A program made the translations under genes and the position numbers. 64,000 nucleotides of DNA from Sedimentisphaerales bacterium (GTDB lineage Bacteria; Planctomycetota; Phycisphaerae; Sedimentisphaerales; Anaerobacaceae): contig OY970194.1 in assembly GCA_963708075.1 (NCBI GenBank), positions 2,720,001 to 2,784,000 of the forward strand, written 5' to 3'. A model generated the notes under the pieces. The model worked only from the letters and a program-made list of their open reading frames with translations, had not been told where the DNA came from and did not search any database. Each line of letters begins with the position of its first letter. Positions within the stretch are counted from its first letter, which is position 1. Shown here piece by piece: positions 1-10,378 of this stretch.

Positions 1-899
1 GGCAGGTCCTCCCCGTCCCTCCAGCGCAATGTGAACCTGATGGCTCCAGCCGGACAGGCACGCCGACAGCTTCGGCAGGACGTGCAATTCAGGAATTGCG
101 TCGAAAAATCGTTGTTTACGGCCCCGAACGAACACGCCTGCAAGCACTTGCCGCACTTCACACAGGCGTCTGTCACCCTGCGCTCGGTCAACCGTAACGT
201 GTTGACAACGGAGAACAGGGCTCCCGTGGGGCACAGGTGGCGGCACCAGAACCGACGCCCCAGAACTCCAACGCCAAGCATCAGCGCAAAGAGCAGAATC
301 GAAATGACATGGCCGGGATTCACCGGTGGGACAAGATACCAGCCTTTCCACAATCCAGTCTGCACGGGAGCCAGGAGGAAGAGCATCGCCCGCGTCAATA
401 CCGGGATGGCGGCAACGAACCCTGACAGCAGCACGCCGAAGACCGCCGCCGCGAGCACGATTGCCAGCAGGTAATACCTGATGTTGGCCAACCAGCCTGC
501 ACGCTGATGTGCGGAGCGTCCGGCCCTGCGGCCAAGGAGCCAGTCAAACCCGTCGATGAGCGTTCCCAAGGGGCAGATGTACCCGCAAAACGCCCGCGGG
601 AATATCACACACAGGAGAACGACGCCCAGCGCTGCCGCCCACGACCAGATGAACATCCGTGCGGCAACGGCCGCAGACAGGCTCACCAAAGGATCGAGCA
701 TGAGGAAGAACTCCGCATCCACAAGCTCGCGTCTGTGAAACGCATCGGCGTATTGGCTGGACCCATACGGCCAGCACACGTAGAAGAACAGAACTAGGAA
801 GGCCAGCAGACAGATGCCTTGCACGAGACGCCGGGCGGACAGAGCCCGACGAATTCCCTCTAACGGTCCTGCTTCGGCTTTGGCAAGCTTGCATCGCAT
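1..899 (-). CDS. 4Fe-4S binding membrane protein (NapH/MauN-like polyferredoxin), runs off the left edge
   Basis: Manual translation from ATG at 899 (MRCKLAK...VQGICLLAFLVLFF) gives TM segments, two CxxxCP motifs (FCGYICPLG, FWCRHLCPTG) and ferredoxin motifs CVKCGKCLQAC and CTSCRSCRRACP. No stop inside the window, so it is absent from the ORF track. Confidence 0.85.
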   Translation of the reverse strand, partial: MRCKLAKAEAGPLEGIRRALSARRLVQGICLLAFLVLFFYVCWPYGSSQYADAFHRRELVDAEFFLMLDPLVSLSAAVAARMFIWSWAAALGVVLLCVIFPRAFCGYICPLGTLIDGFDWLLGRRAGRSAHQRAGWLANIRYYLLAIVLAAAVFGVLLSGFVAAIPVLTRAMLFLLAPVQTGLWKGWYLVPPVNPGHVISILLFALMLGVGVLGRRFWCRHLCPTGALFSVVNTLRLTERRVTDACVKCGKCLQACSFGAVNNDFSTQFLNCTSCRSCRRACPAGAIRFTLRWRDGEDL

Positions 900-916
900 C
901 CCGGCCCGCCCGTCAG

Positions 917-2050
917 TTATGGACTCTTCTTCCGCATGCCGCCGGCGAGGGCCTTGGCCGTAGCGTTGATGATGGCCTCGGAGGTCATCGTCGCACCGGT
1001 CACCGCATCCACCCCTTTGACGCCCTGCTTCTCGATGATTCGCTCTGGAGTCTCACGTCAGCGCCGAATAGAACTGCTTCTCCTCATGCTGCGTGACGCG
1101 GACGGATTGAATCCGCCTGCCTTTGACAACGACCTCAACGTGAAGCGGGCCGGCGTAGGCCAGGCTGTTCGCCGTATAAGTACCGTCCGCGACTTGCGTC
1201 ACGTCGAGTGTATCGAACAGTTTGATGGCCTGGATGCTGGCCTGTGCCCGTTCCCGGTCCCTTCTAACATCGTCCTCGCGACCGGCGGCGCCCTCGGCCG
1301 TCAGGACCTTCTCATAATAAGCCAGCGCCTCCTTGTACCGGCCCGCCAGTCGGCACGTGTCACCGGCCGTCAGGTAGGCGATGGTCGCCATGCCGCCGGC
1401 CGCCTTTCGCTCCGCCAGCTTCAGCGCCTTATCGATCTCACCCATGTCCGCCCACAGCTTGATCAACGCCCCGTGGCGCGTATAGTCGATCCGGTATCGT
1501 CGCCAGCACTTCCTCCGCCATCTCCCGGCTGCCGAGCTTCCAGTAGCAGTGCGCAAGGCTGATCGGATCGACATAGACGGCATACCCGGCGCTCGTTCCG
1601 CCACCAGAACGCCGCCCTCGCCCAATCGCCCATCAGGTCGTGGAACATTCGACCGAGGGCTTCCATCGAGCGTCCAAGCTTCTCGCGATCATCCTTATGC
1701 CGGATCATCAAATGATGAACGAGCTTGACACCCTCTTTCCACCGGCCGGGATTCGGATTGATGACGTCCCAAATGTACTGGCCGACGTTCTTGCTCGCGT
1801 CCCACTCGCCATCTGCTCTTATCGGCCAATTCAGATCCAGGGTCGGCGGATAGGTCAGTTCGACCGAGTCCCACCAGTCGGGCGGCGTCGCGCCCATGCG
1901 CTGGATAAGAGCCTCCACCTCCGCACGAGTCCGCACGACTTGCTCATCAGCCGGCCGATTCTGCGCGTGGCAAATGGGTGGGTGCGACATCACGGATAAC
2001 GCCAGGACCATGAGAAGCACAGCGCTGCGCAGGTGCTTCGCGATCATCAT
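917..2050 (-). CDS. Secreted TPR-like + FMN-binding domain protein (about 3 frameshifts, likely sequencing indels)
   Basis: Signal peptide MMIAKHLRSAVLLMVLALSV in ORF 1463..2470; TPR-like helices and the start of the FMN-binding domain in ORF 1053..1625; a third frame ends VDAVTGATMTSEAIINATAKAL (flavinylation motif TGAT), stop at 917-919. Confidence 0.75.
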
Positions 2051-3317
2051 TCGCCACCTATGCAGATCAGATGAGAGAAGGTTCGCAGGTACATGCGGCC
2101 GTCGGCCACGGCGGGCGTCGCGTGGCTCTTCTCGCCGAGGGCATTCACCGCCAGCAACTCGTACTTGGGCCCGGCCCTGAGCACCACGACGTTCCCATCG
2201 TCGTAATCGCGTAGAGCTTGTCCCCCACACGGACGGGTGAGCCAAAGAACCTGCCGCCGGGCTTCTCGCTCCAGAGGACCTCGCCCGTGCCACTGCGAAG
2301 ACAGGACACCGTGCCCTGGTCGTGGAAAGCGAACAGCAAGCCGTCGTGCACGACGGATATCGGGACATAGGGAACGATGCCACGGTCGAGTGCATAGACT
2401 TCTGTGGCGGCCGACGAGTCTGCATCCGGCGGTCGAACGGCGGCCAGCCGTATGCCTCGGCCTCCCTCACCGCAGGTGCCGATCACCAGTCCATCGACAA
2501 GGACCGGTGAGCTGACCACACGGGCCGGCAGCGCGGCCGGTGTCTTCCAAAGCACGGCCCCGGTCTGCGGATCAACCCCGGCGATGCCGTGGGAATTGCT
2601 AGTGAAAACCAGTTGCTCCCGCCCGCCCTTGTCACGATACACGCAGGGCGTCGAGTACGAGCCGTTGGCGTTCTCGGGATGCTCGTACCGCCATCGAACC
2701 TGGCCTGTCCTGCGATCGACGGCAAGCCAGACGCTCTTCACATCCCCGGCTTTGTCCTGCTCTCGGGTGACGATCACGAAGTCGCCGTAGACGATTGGGG
2801 AACTTCCGGCTCCGTGCCGGGCCTTCACTCCGGGCAACTTGATCGTCCATAGCTCGCGCCCACCGTGCGTCAGAGCAGTCAGTTTTGTCTCGGCAGGGCC
2901 CGACCACAGCACATAGACGTTCTCAGTATCAAGAGCAGGCGTCGCGCTGGCATAGCTGTTCAGAGCATTCATCGGATGTTTGTCGAGCTCGAACTCCTTT
3001 CGCCACTGCTCCCGCCCATCCACGGCGGATAAGCACTGGACTGTGCCCCGCATGGCCTTCTCGTCGCCGCTGGTGACGAAGAGCTTGTCATCCCACACCA
3101 CGGGCGATGAATGCCCGCCGCCGGGAAGCTCCACCTTCCACTTATAGTCCTGCTCGGACCATTTCACCGGGATGGTGCTGGCGTCACTGACGCCCTGTCC
3201 GTTCGGACCTCGGAATCGCGGCCAGTTGTCCCCCTCCGCCGGGATTGTCACACTGAACAATAGTGTAAAGGCTAATACCGTAGGACCCCACCCCCACGCG
3301 GTTGCTCGTTTGCCCAT
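2047..3317 (-). CDS. PQQ-binding-like beta-propeller protein (frameshift near 2200)
   Basis: Signal peptide, NWPRFRGPNGQG, GHSSPVV, YSTP and SSPV repeats typical of planctomycete propellers. The C-terminus continues in another frame (..ATPAVADGRMYLRTFSHLICIGGE*) with TGA overlapping the next ATG. Confidence 0.85.
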
Positions 3318-3567
3318 CTGTCATCATCTCCTGCGTTGCATCAATGTTGTCATCTCAAGGGCAGGTGGTTGGATCATCACCCACACCACAATGTCACCAT
3401 TCTGCCGCAACGCTCCCATTTTGCAAGTGCAATGTCCCGCCCATGTACTGTCCGGCGTACGACAAGAAGCTGGCGACCAACGCGAGTGGCACCCAAACCA
3501 TCCCATTTCTTCCCGACACCAGCCGCGCAGCGACTCGACATGACAAACAGAAGTGCGTGCAGCGATC

Positions 3568-4232
3568 TCAGAATTTCCTCAGCAGGCCGATGACAACGCC
3601 CTGGATGCGGCAATCGTTCGCATAGATGGGTTCGTAATTCGCGTTGGCGGGCTGCAGCCGGATGTGGTCCTGCTCCCTGTAGAATCGCTTGAGCGTGGCC
3701 TCGCCGTCATTGACCAGCGGCCACGACGATCTGGCCGTTCTCGGCCAGTTCCGTCCGGCGGCAGATCACGTAATCCCCCGGCCGGATGTTCTCCTCGATC
3801 ATGCTGTCCCCGGAAACCCTCAGCGCAAAGAGTCCGTCTCCCATCCCAAAACAGGACTCTAAAGAGATAGTATCCCTGTTTTCAATCGCCTCGACCGGCA
3901 GCCCCTGCGGCGATCCGCCCGGCGAGCGGAATGCCCCCAGATGTCTCCTCGCAGGCCGGCGGCTCCTCCACGCGGGACTGTCTAAGCAGTTTTCGCCCGC
4001 GGGACGTCAACCTCAAAGAGCGAGCCCTGCCCGGCGAGGTCGTAAGCAGCGACTTTCTTTGCAGCTCGCTTAGATGCTCGAACACGGTGCTTCGGCTCAG
4101 ACTCAGTTGTGCCGCCAGCTCGGCTATCGTCGGGGAATAGCATCGGCTCCCGTGGAAAACGGCGATGTGTCGGAGCACCTGGAGTTGCTTCGGCGTCAAA
4201 CCGTCTATGGTGTCTGTGTCTCTCGGACGCAT
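3568..4232 (-). CDS. lexA: SOS repressor LexA (several frameshifts between about 3720 and 3900)
   Basis: LTPKQLQVL..YSPTIAELA..STVFEHL..GRARSL winged helix; IPLAGRIAAG cleavage site; in other frames VSGDSMIE (catalytic Ser) and EATLKRFY (catalytic Lys); ends GVVIGLLRKF*. Confidence 0.9.
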
Positions 4233-4845
4233 CCTTCGTCTTCTCCTGGCATGATACAGCGGATTGGTCACGCAGCACCGTCGCGACAGGCGGCGCGCGT
4301 CGGGTCCCGGAAAGCACTCCCACGATCTCGGCGACAGACCACAACACACGCGTCAGTTGTCCTGCCGATGGATCTGTGGGCCCCGGCGGAGATCCCGGCC
4401 ATATGGAGAGGTACTCGCCCCCGGGCCCAAACTTGCACGCAGGCTCGATCCGTCCGATTCTATGCGTATTCATCCTTGATACCCTACCTTTCGGTGGTTT
4501 TGGACTCCTGTCCTACTGGTCCCCTTTCTATCGGCGGCGCCCCCTCAAAAACCCAAACAAAACCCGAACAAATCTGCGTCAACCCGGGACCTTTTTGCGC
4601 AAACCCACCCCGCCCAATTGCCCCCCGCCCTTATATGGGACCAATGACGAAGAAAAGGTGTGCCGCTCCCCACGGTTTGACCCCACGAAACCCTGATGTT
4701 CAATGGTTCTCACGCAGAGACGCTGAGACGCAGGGAATCATTCTTCCAGGCCGTTCACCGCAGGAGTGATCCCGTCCTTCATCACGGCCTCACCGAAATT
4801 CAGATGACGAACGCAGGATGCTATGAATGCCGTCGGCCTGTGGAA

Positions 4846-5160
4846 TTACTCATCACCTTCTTCATCCGATGATCGTTCTTGCCTCCAATCGCGGGCGCCG
4901 TGCACAACTCCTGTAATCCAAACCTCATCTCCCTCTACGCGATACATGATGCGATAGGCACCATAGATTACCTCTCGACAGTTGGGATTGTTGATTTCAG
5001 GAATGATCCGGCCTGATAAGGGAAACTCTTGCAGACGATCTGTTGCTTCGATCAACCTGTTGATAAACAGGGAAGCCATTCCCGCAGAGTCCGCGGCTAT
5101 GTACTTGGCAATAGAATCAATGTCATCAAGAGCAGACGGCGCCCATATCACTTCAGCCAT
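4846..5160 (-). CDS. Type II toxin, RelE/ParE family
   Basis: VIWAPSALDDIDSI...FPLSGRIIPE...REVIYGAYRIMYRV...VVHGARD pattern. Confidence 0.9.
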   Translation of the reverse strand: MAEVIWAPSALDDIDSIAKYIAADSAGMASLFINRLIEATDRLQEFPLSGRIIPEINNPNCREVIYGAYRIMYRVEGDEVWITGVVHGARDWRQERSSDEEGDE

Positions 5161-5330
5161 TTTTCGAGTCTCTTCTTGGCTCTTTCGTGAGTGATTCCCT
5201 TGCCCTCGCGTATTTCCTTTTCCCCGCGTGAGAACTTGACGTTTACATAGAGGGCATGGATGACGTCATCCATCGTGGCATCATCCGGCAATAAGTCGAT
5301 CACTTGTTTTGCCGTTTCTTTCGTGAGCAT
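5148..5330 (-). CDS. Putative antitoxin
   Basis: About 60 aa (IDLLPDDATMDDVIHALYV...GKGITHERAKKRLEKWLK), directly upstream of and overlapping the toxin start. Confidence 0.8.
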   Translation of the reverse strand: MLTKETAKQVIDLLPDDATMDDVIHALYVNVKFSRGEKEIREGKGITHERAKKRLEKWLK

Positions 5331-5404
5331 AATCATTCTCCCAACAAAGGCCGGCTACAGTATATCCTATTCCGGCGTTGACTTCCAGCGACATTCGGCA
5401 GAAG

Positions 5405-7435
5405 TCACGTCGTTTCAGCCGGAGGTAACGAGTTCTGATCTGCGCCGCCGAGGAGGTGGGGGAGGTTTTCTTCGAGCTCCATCGGCTCGGTGAGGTCTTT
5501 GGCGAGTTCGGTGAGGAAGCGGCTGGGCTTCATCATGATCATGTTGCCGCCGCGATTGCGGTAGATTTGCGGGACGGCAAGGTAGAGCTCGTCGCGGGCT
5601 CGGGTGACGGCGACATGAAAGACGCGGCGTTCCTCTTCGAGGTCCTCGCCGCTATTCATGGCCATGTCGGTCGGGAATCGGCCGTCGGAGAGCCAGGGGA
5701 TGAAGACGACCGGCCACTCCAGGCCCTTGGCCTGGTGGATCGTGCTGAGAATCACGAATTCCTGCTCGGTCGGCCCGGAGACACAGTTCTCGCCGGAGAA
5801 TTCGCCCGCCAGGGCCGTGTCGGCCAGGAACGCTTCCACGTTCTTGTACTGGCCCGCGAAGTTCGCCAGCGCGCGGATGTCCTCCCGGCGCATCGCGGCG
5901 TTGTCGTAATGTGAGACCAGGTAATCATCGTAGGAGCGTTTCAGGACAAGGTCGATCACCTCGCCGGGCGAATCGAGCTCGGCCGACTCCTTGAGCATGC
6001 TCGCGAATTCCTGGAAGAACGGCTGGGCACTGGTGGGCAGGAGGCTGGTGGTCTCGCCGCCGAGGACCTCGTTGAACGGGTCGGCGGCGCTATTGATGTG
6101 CTGCCACACCCGGCGGCTGATCGCGTTACCCACGCGAGGCAGCATCTTGAGCAATCGCAGCCACGCCAACTCGTCACGCGGGTTTTGCAGGACGCGCAGG
6201 TAGCACAGGACGTCCTTCATGTGCGCCTGCTCGAAGAATCGCAGGCCGCCGCGGATGTGGAACGGGATGTTGCGGCGCTGGAACTCCAACTGGATCTCCA
6301 GCGAGTGCCAGTGGCTGCGATACAAGACGGCGATGTCGTTGAGATTTCGCCCCTGATCGAGCAAATGCAGCACGTACTCCGCGATGAATCGCGACTGCGT
6401 GAAGTGGTCCTGGCACGTCACAATCGCGGGCTTGAGCCCCGATGAGCGGATCGCCTTGAGGTTCTTCGGCAGCCTGCGAGTGTTCTGTGCGATGCTGACG
6501 TTGGCGAGCGTGAGAATCTCCGGCACGGAGCGGTAGTTCGTCTCCAGCTTGTACTCCCGCGCCTCCGGGTACCGCTGCTTGAACGTGATGATATTCTCGA
6601 AGTTCGCCCCGCGGAAGCTGTAGATCGATTGCGAATCATCGCCGACCACGGTGAGGTTGCGATGCTTCGAAGCAAGCAGATCGACGATGGCGCCCTGGAT
6701 GGCGTTCGTGTCCTGGTATTCATCGACGAGGATATGCAGGAACTGGCCGGCGAGCATGTCGCGGATATCCGCGTAGTCGGTCATCAGCCGCAGCCAGGCG
6801 CTGAGCAGATCGTCGAAATCGAGAAGCTGCCGCTCCCGCTTCTTGGCTGTATACAGGATGAGCACCTTCTCGATGCCATCCAACTCCTGGATGAACATGG
6901 GGAACCGCTTGCTGATCACCGCCTCCAGCGGCTCAAGCGTGTTCTGAAGGAAGCTCGATATTGCCGCCAGCACGTTCTTCTGCGGGAAACGCCGCTGGCG
7001 GATATCGACGCCGGCCCCCTCGATGCAGGAGGCGAGCAGGTCCTTGGCATCCTCTCGGTCGAGGATCGTGAAGTCCGGCGAGATCCCCAACTGTTTGCCG
7101 TACATGCGCAGGATGCGGTTGGCGATATGGTGGAACGTTCCGCCCCAGATGTCGCGGGTCTTCTGCTTGACGAGGACCTCGACCCGGCTGAGCATCTCGC
7201 GAGCCGCCCGGTTGGTGAATGTAACGAGCATGATCCGGCCGGGGTCAACACCGTGGTGCGCCAGCCAGGCGAGTCGATATGTCAGAGCCCGTGTCTTGCC
7301 GCTGCCCGCCCCGGCCACGACCAGCATCGGTCCGCCCGGAGCGGTAACCACCGCCAGTTGCTCCGGGTTCAGATCGTTTCCGAAATCGATATCCCCCGCC
7401 GCCGTTCGCGACTGAAGGGTGAACTTTCTTGCCAT
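5405..7435 (-). CDS. ATP-dependent DNA helicase, UvrD/PcrA/Rep family
   Basis: AGAGSGKT Walker A, VDEYQDTN, GDDSQSIYSFRGA, NYRS, STIHQAKGLEW and EERRVFHVAVTRA motifs. Confidence 0.95.
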   Translation of the reverse strand: MARKFTLQSRTAAGDIDFGNDLNPEQLAVVTAPGGPMLVVAGAGSGKTRALTYRLAWLAHHGVDPGRIMLVTFTNRAAREMLSRVEVLVKQKTRDIWGGTFHHIANRILRMYGKQLGISPDFTILDREDAKDLLASCIEGAGVDIRQRRFPQKNVLAAISSFLQNTLEPLEAVISKRFPMFIQELDGIEKVLILYTAKKRERQLLDFDDLLSAWLRLMTDYADIRDMLAGQFLHILVDEYQDTNAIQGAIVDLLASKHRNLTVVGDDSQSIYSFRGANFENIITFKQRYPEAREYKLETNYRSVPEILTLANVSIAQNTRRLPKNLKAIRSSGLKPAIVTCQDHFTQSRFIAEYVLHLLDQGRNLNDIAVLYRSHWHSLEIQLEFQRRNIPFHIRGGLRFFEQAHMKDVLCYLRVLQNPRDELAWLRLLKMLPRVGNAISRRVWQHINSAADPFNEVLGGETTSLLPTSAQPFFQEFASMLKESAELDSPGEVIDLVLKRSYDDYLVSHYDNAAMRREDIRALANFAGQYKNVEAFLADTALAGEFSGENCVSGPTEQEFVILSTIHQAKGLEWPVVFIPWLSDGRFPTDMAMNSGEDLEEERRVFHVAVTRARDELYLAVPQIYRNRGGNMIMMKPSRFLTELAKDLTEPMELEENLPHLLGGADQNSLPPAETT

Positions 7436-7748
7436 GTTGCCGCGCTATTCCGCCATATCCATAATTGCCCCCAACCCAGTCCATCCACGTCGAAAGCCCA
7501 AGGATACCAGAACCGGCTGGGAATGCCAGCCCCTCCCGCATAATACGACAGGGGCTTATGCCAAGGCTCAAGTCCCGCCGTGATGCCTGTGAAAATAATC
7601 TGTGAGTCGGGTGGCAGCGGCAAGCAGAGAGCAACGGAGCTTGCCGATGCCACCCAACACAGTGCCCTGAAATCTGCACAGACACCTCGCCGTGCAATTC
7701 GGAAAAATTGGGTATCCCGTGGCCCACCGCTCGGCTATAATTGCAGAT

Positions 7749-8393
7749 ATGGCGAAGTATCCGATATTCCTCGAGCTTGGCGGCCGGCGCGTCGTGGTGG
7801 TTGGCGGCGGCAGCGTAGCTATGCGCAAGGCCAAGGTCTTGTTGGATGCCGGCGCGAGGCTGGTCGTTGTGGCAGAGGAAGCCGGCGATGCGCTTACCGC
7901 CCTTTGCACACAGCATGGAGCCGAGCTGATCCGGTCCCGATATTCAAAGCAGTACATCGCCGAGGCTGTTCTCGTCGTGGCAGCCACCAACGATGCGAAG
8001 GTGAATGAGCAAGTTTACCGCGACTGCCAGGCCCTGGAGATTCTGTGCAATGTCGTGGACGATCCGGAGCACTGCGATTTCTTCGTCCCGGCGGTGGTCA
8101 AGAGGGGCGATCTGCAGATCGCGATCGGGACGGAGGGTTACTGCCCCGCGTACGCCGGCCACCTGCGGCAAAAGCTCGAGACTATGTTCACCGAGGAGCA
8201 CGGCCGATTCCTGGCTGAGCTCGAACGCGCACGAAGGGAAATCATCGACACCGTCTCCGCCTCCACCGACCGCAAGTCGCTGCTGGGCGAGCTCGTGGAC
8301 GATGAATCGTTCGAGTACTTCCGAACGAAGGGCCCCATCGCCTGGCGGGAGCGAGCCGAAGCGATCATTCGCTCACGCGAGAAGAAAGCCTGA
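7749..8393 (+). CDS. Precorrin-2 dehydrogenase / sirohydrochlorin ferrochelatase (SirC/Met8p, CysG N-terminal type)
   Basis: YPIFLEL..VVVVGGGSVAMRK, LVVAATND, CNVVDDPEHCDFFVPAVVKRGDLQIAIGTEG. Confidence 0.92.
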   Translation: MAKYPIFLELGGRRVVVVGGGSVAMRKAKVLLDAGARLVVVAEEAGDALTALCTQHGAELIRSRYSKQYIAEAVLVVAATNDAKVNEQVYRDCQALEILCNVVDDPEHCDFFVPAVVKRGDLQIAIGTEGYCPAYAGHLRQKLETMFTEEHGRFLAELERARREIIDTVSASTDRKSLLGELVDDESFEYFRTKGPIAWRERAEAIIRSREKKA

Positions 8394-8542
8394 AAATCGT
8401 GCCGCGCCGCGAGGCCTGGCAGAAACTATCTCCTGCCCGATAGACCTTCCCGCGATTCCCCGCGTACAATAGGCAGGATTTCCGGCTCAGGCAACTCAGC
8501 CAAACGTGAGAAGCTTGCTCCCTGTACCGATGGTGTCAAGTG

Positions 8543-10378
8543 ATGACAGAGAGAATTGAGTTACTGGCTCCCGCAAAGGATGGTCCGACCGCCCGTGCCG
8601 CGATTCTATGCGGAGCGGACGCCGTCTACATCGGTGCGGAACGATTCAGCGCCCGCGAGGCCGCCGGCAATGCTCTGTCCACGATACAGCAAGTCACGGA
8701 CTTCGCGCACCAGTGCTACGCGAGGGTGTACGTGGCCTTGAACACGCTGCTTCACGACGACGAGCTGGCGCCGGCGGAAAAGATGATTCACCAACTCTAT
8801 GACGCGGGCGTGGACGGCCTGATCATCCAGGACGTGGGACTGCTGGAGCTGGAATTGCCGCCTTTGCCGCTGATCGCCAGCACGCAGATGCATAACGCGA
8901 CCGCCGAGAGGGTGAAATTCTGGGAAGACGTCGGCTTCTCTCGCGTGATCCTGGCCCGCGAGCTGACTCTCGAACAAATCCGGCACATCCGCCGCCAGAC
9001 CCGCATCGAGCTGGAATGCTTCATTCACGGCGCACTGTGCGTGGGGGCCAGCGGGCAATGCTACATGAGTTACGCACTGGGCGGACGCAGCGGCAATCGC
9101 GGGCAATGCGCACAACCCTGCCGGCGATTGTACAGCCTCAAAGACCACCACGGCACAACCATCGTGAAGGACCGCCACCTCCTGTCTTTGAAAGACCTGA
9201 GCCTTGCAGACCATCTGGAGGAACTAATTGACGTCGGCGTCACATCATTCAAGATCGAAGGCCGACTCAAAGACCTGCCGTACGTCGCAAACGCAGTCGG
9301 CTTCTATCGTCAGAAGCTCGATCCGATCCTATCGAAGAAGGGTTTGCGGCGAAGCTCGTCCGGCTCCGTGCACTTGGACTTTCAGCCGAATCTCGAAAAG
9401 ACCTTCAATCGCGGATTCACCGACTACGGCTTGACCGGACCAGCAGCTTCGGTCGCCTCAATCGATACACCCAAGTCGATCGGCGAATACATGGGGACTG
9501 TCACTCGCGTGGAGGAATCCTGCTTCACCCTCGACAGGGCTCACGATCTGCACAATGCCGACGGGATTTGCTTCTTCGACCGGCAGCAGAATCTCGACGG
9601 GACAGTTGTGAACCGCGTCGATGGCCAACGGGTCTGCCCGCAGAAGATGCAGGGTATTCGCAAGGGACAGAAGATCTACCGTAATTTCGATTATGTGTTC
9701 AGCCGCAAATTCGGTGGCCAGCCCTCGGAACGCAAGATCAGTCTTACCATGTCTCTGCAGGAGACGCCGTCAGGCCTCGTCCTGGCCGGAACTGATGAGG
9801 ACGGAAATCAGGCAACGGTGGAAATTGCGGGCCAGAGGCAGCCGGCACAGAAGAAGGAAGCCGCTCGACAAACGATTCACACACAACTGACGAAGCTCGG
9901 CAACACGATCTTTGAATGCTCCGACCTGCAGCTTCAGACCAGCGAAGTGTACTTTCTGGCGGTTTCGCAGTTGAACGCCGCCAAACGGGAATTGGTGCAA
10001 CGGATGTTGCAGGTGCGCGAGACGAACCGCCCTCGCCCCATTAGCGGCGTCCAAAGAAACGAGGTGCCCTTCCCGGAGAAGCACCTGAGCTACACAGGTA
10101 ACGTGCTCAACGCGATGGCCAGGGCCTTCTACCTGCGACATGGCGTGGAGACGATCTCCCCCGCCGCCGAGTCGGGCCTGGATTTGACCGGGCAACTGGT
10201 CATGACAACGAAATACTGCCTGCGGAGGGAGTTGGGCTTGTGCTCGGGTCCCGGTTCCGGGAGTCCTGCCGAGCCAATGGTTCTGGAGGACGAAGACGGG
10301 CGGGAATACGAGCTGCACTTCCGTTGCGGCCGCTGTGGAATGGAGGTATTCTTCGGCAAGAAGGAGAAGACCCAATGA
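8543..10378 (+). CDS. U32 peptidase family protein, long RlhA-like form
   Basis: ELLAPA, GADAVYIG, ASTQM, HGALCV..SGQCYMS..RSGNRGQCAQPCR, FKIEGRLK; 612 aa. Confidence 0.9.
   Translation: MTERIELLAPAKDGPTARAAILCGADAVYIGAERFSAREAAGNALSTIQQVTDFAHQCYARVYVALNTLLHDDELAPAEKMIHQLYDAGVDGLIIQDVGLLELELPPLPLIASTQMHNATAERVKFWEDVGFSRVILARELTLEQIRHIRRQTRIELECFIHGALCVGASGQCYMSYALGGRSGNRGQCAQPCRRLYSLKDHHGTTIVKDRHLLSLKDLSLADHLEELIDVGVTSFKIEGRLKDLPYVANAVGFYRQKLDPILSKKGLRRSSSGSVHLDFQPNLEKTFNRGFTDYGLTGPAASVASIDTPKSIGEYMGTVTRVEESCFTLDRAHDLHNADGICFFDRQQNLDGTVVNRVDGQRVCPQKMQGIRKGQKIYRNFDYVFSRKFGGQPSERKISLTMSLQETPSGLVLAGTDEDGNQATVEIAGQRQPAQKKEAARQTIHTQLTKLGNTIFECSDLQLQTSEVYFLAVSQLNAAKRELVQRMLQVRETNRPRPISGVQRNEVPFPEKHLSYTGNVLNAMARAFYLRHGVETISPAAESGLDLTGQLVMTTKYCLRRELGLCSGPGSGSPAEPMVLEDEDGREYELHFRCGRCGMEVFFGKKEKTQ

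Noticed and set aside
917..4232. Pseudogenes or programmed frameshifts in the FMN, PQQ and lexA genes (also near 16080, 32960, 51970, 63665)
   Set aside because: Scattered single-base indels with intact motifs on both sides and no in-frame stops noticed; best explained by long-read errors. Needs read-level confirmation.
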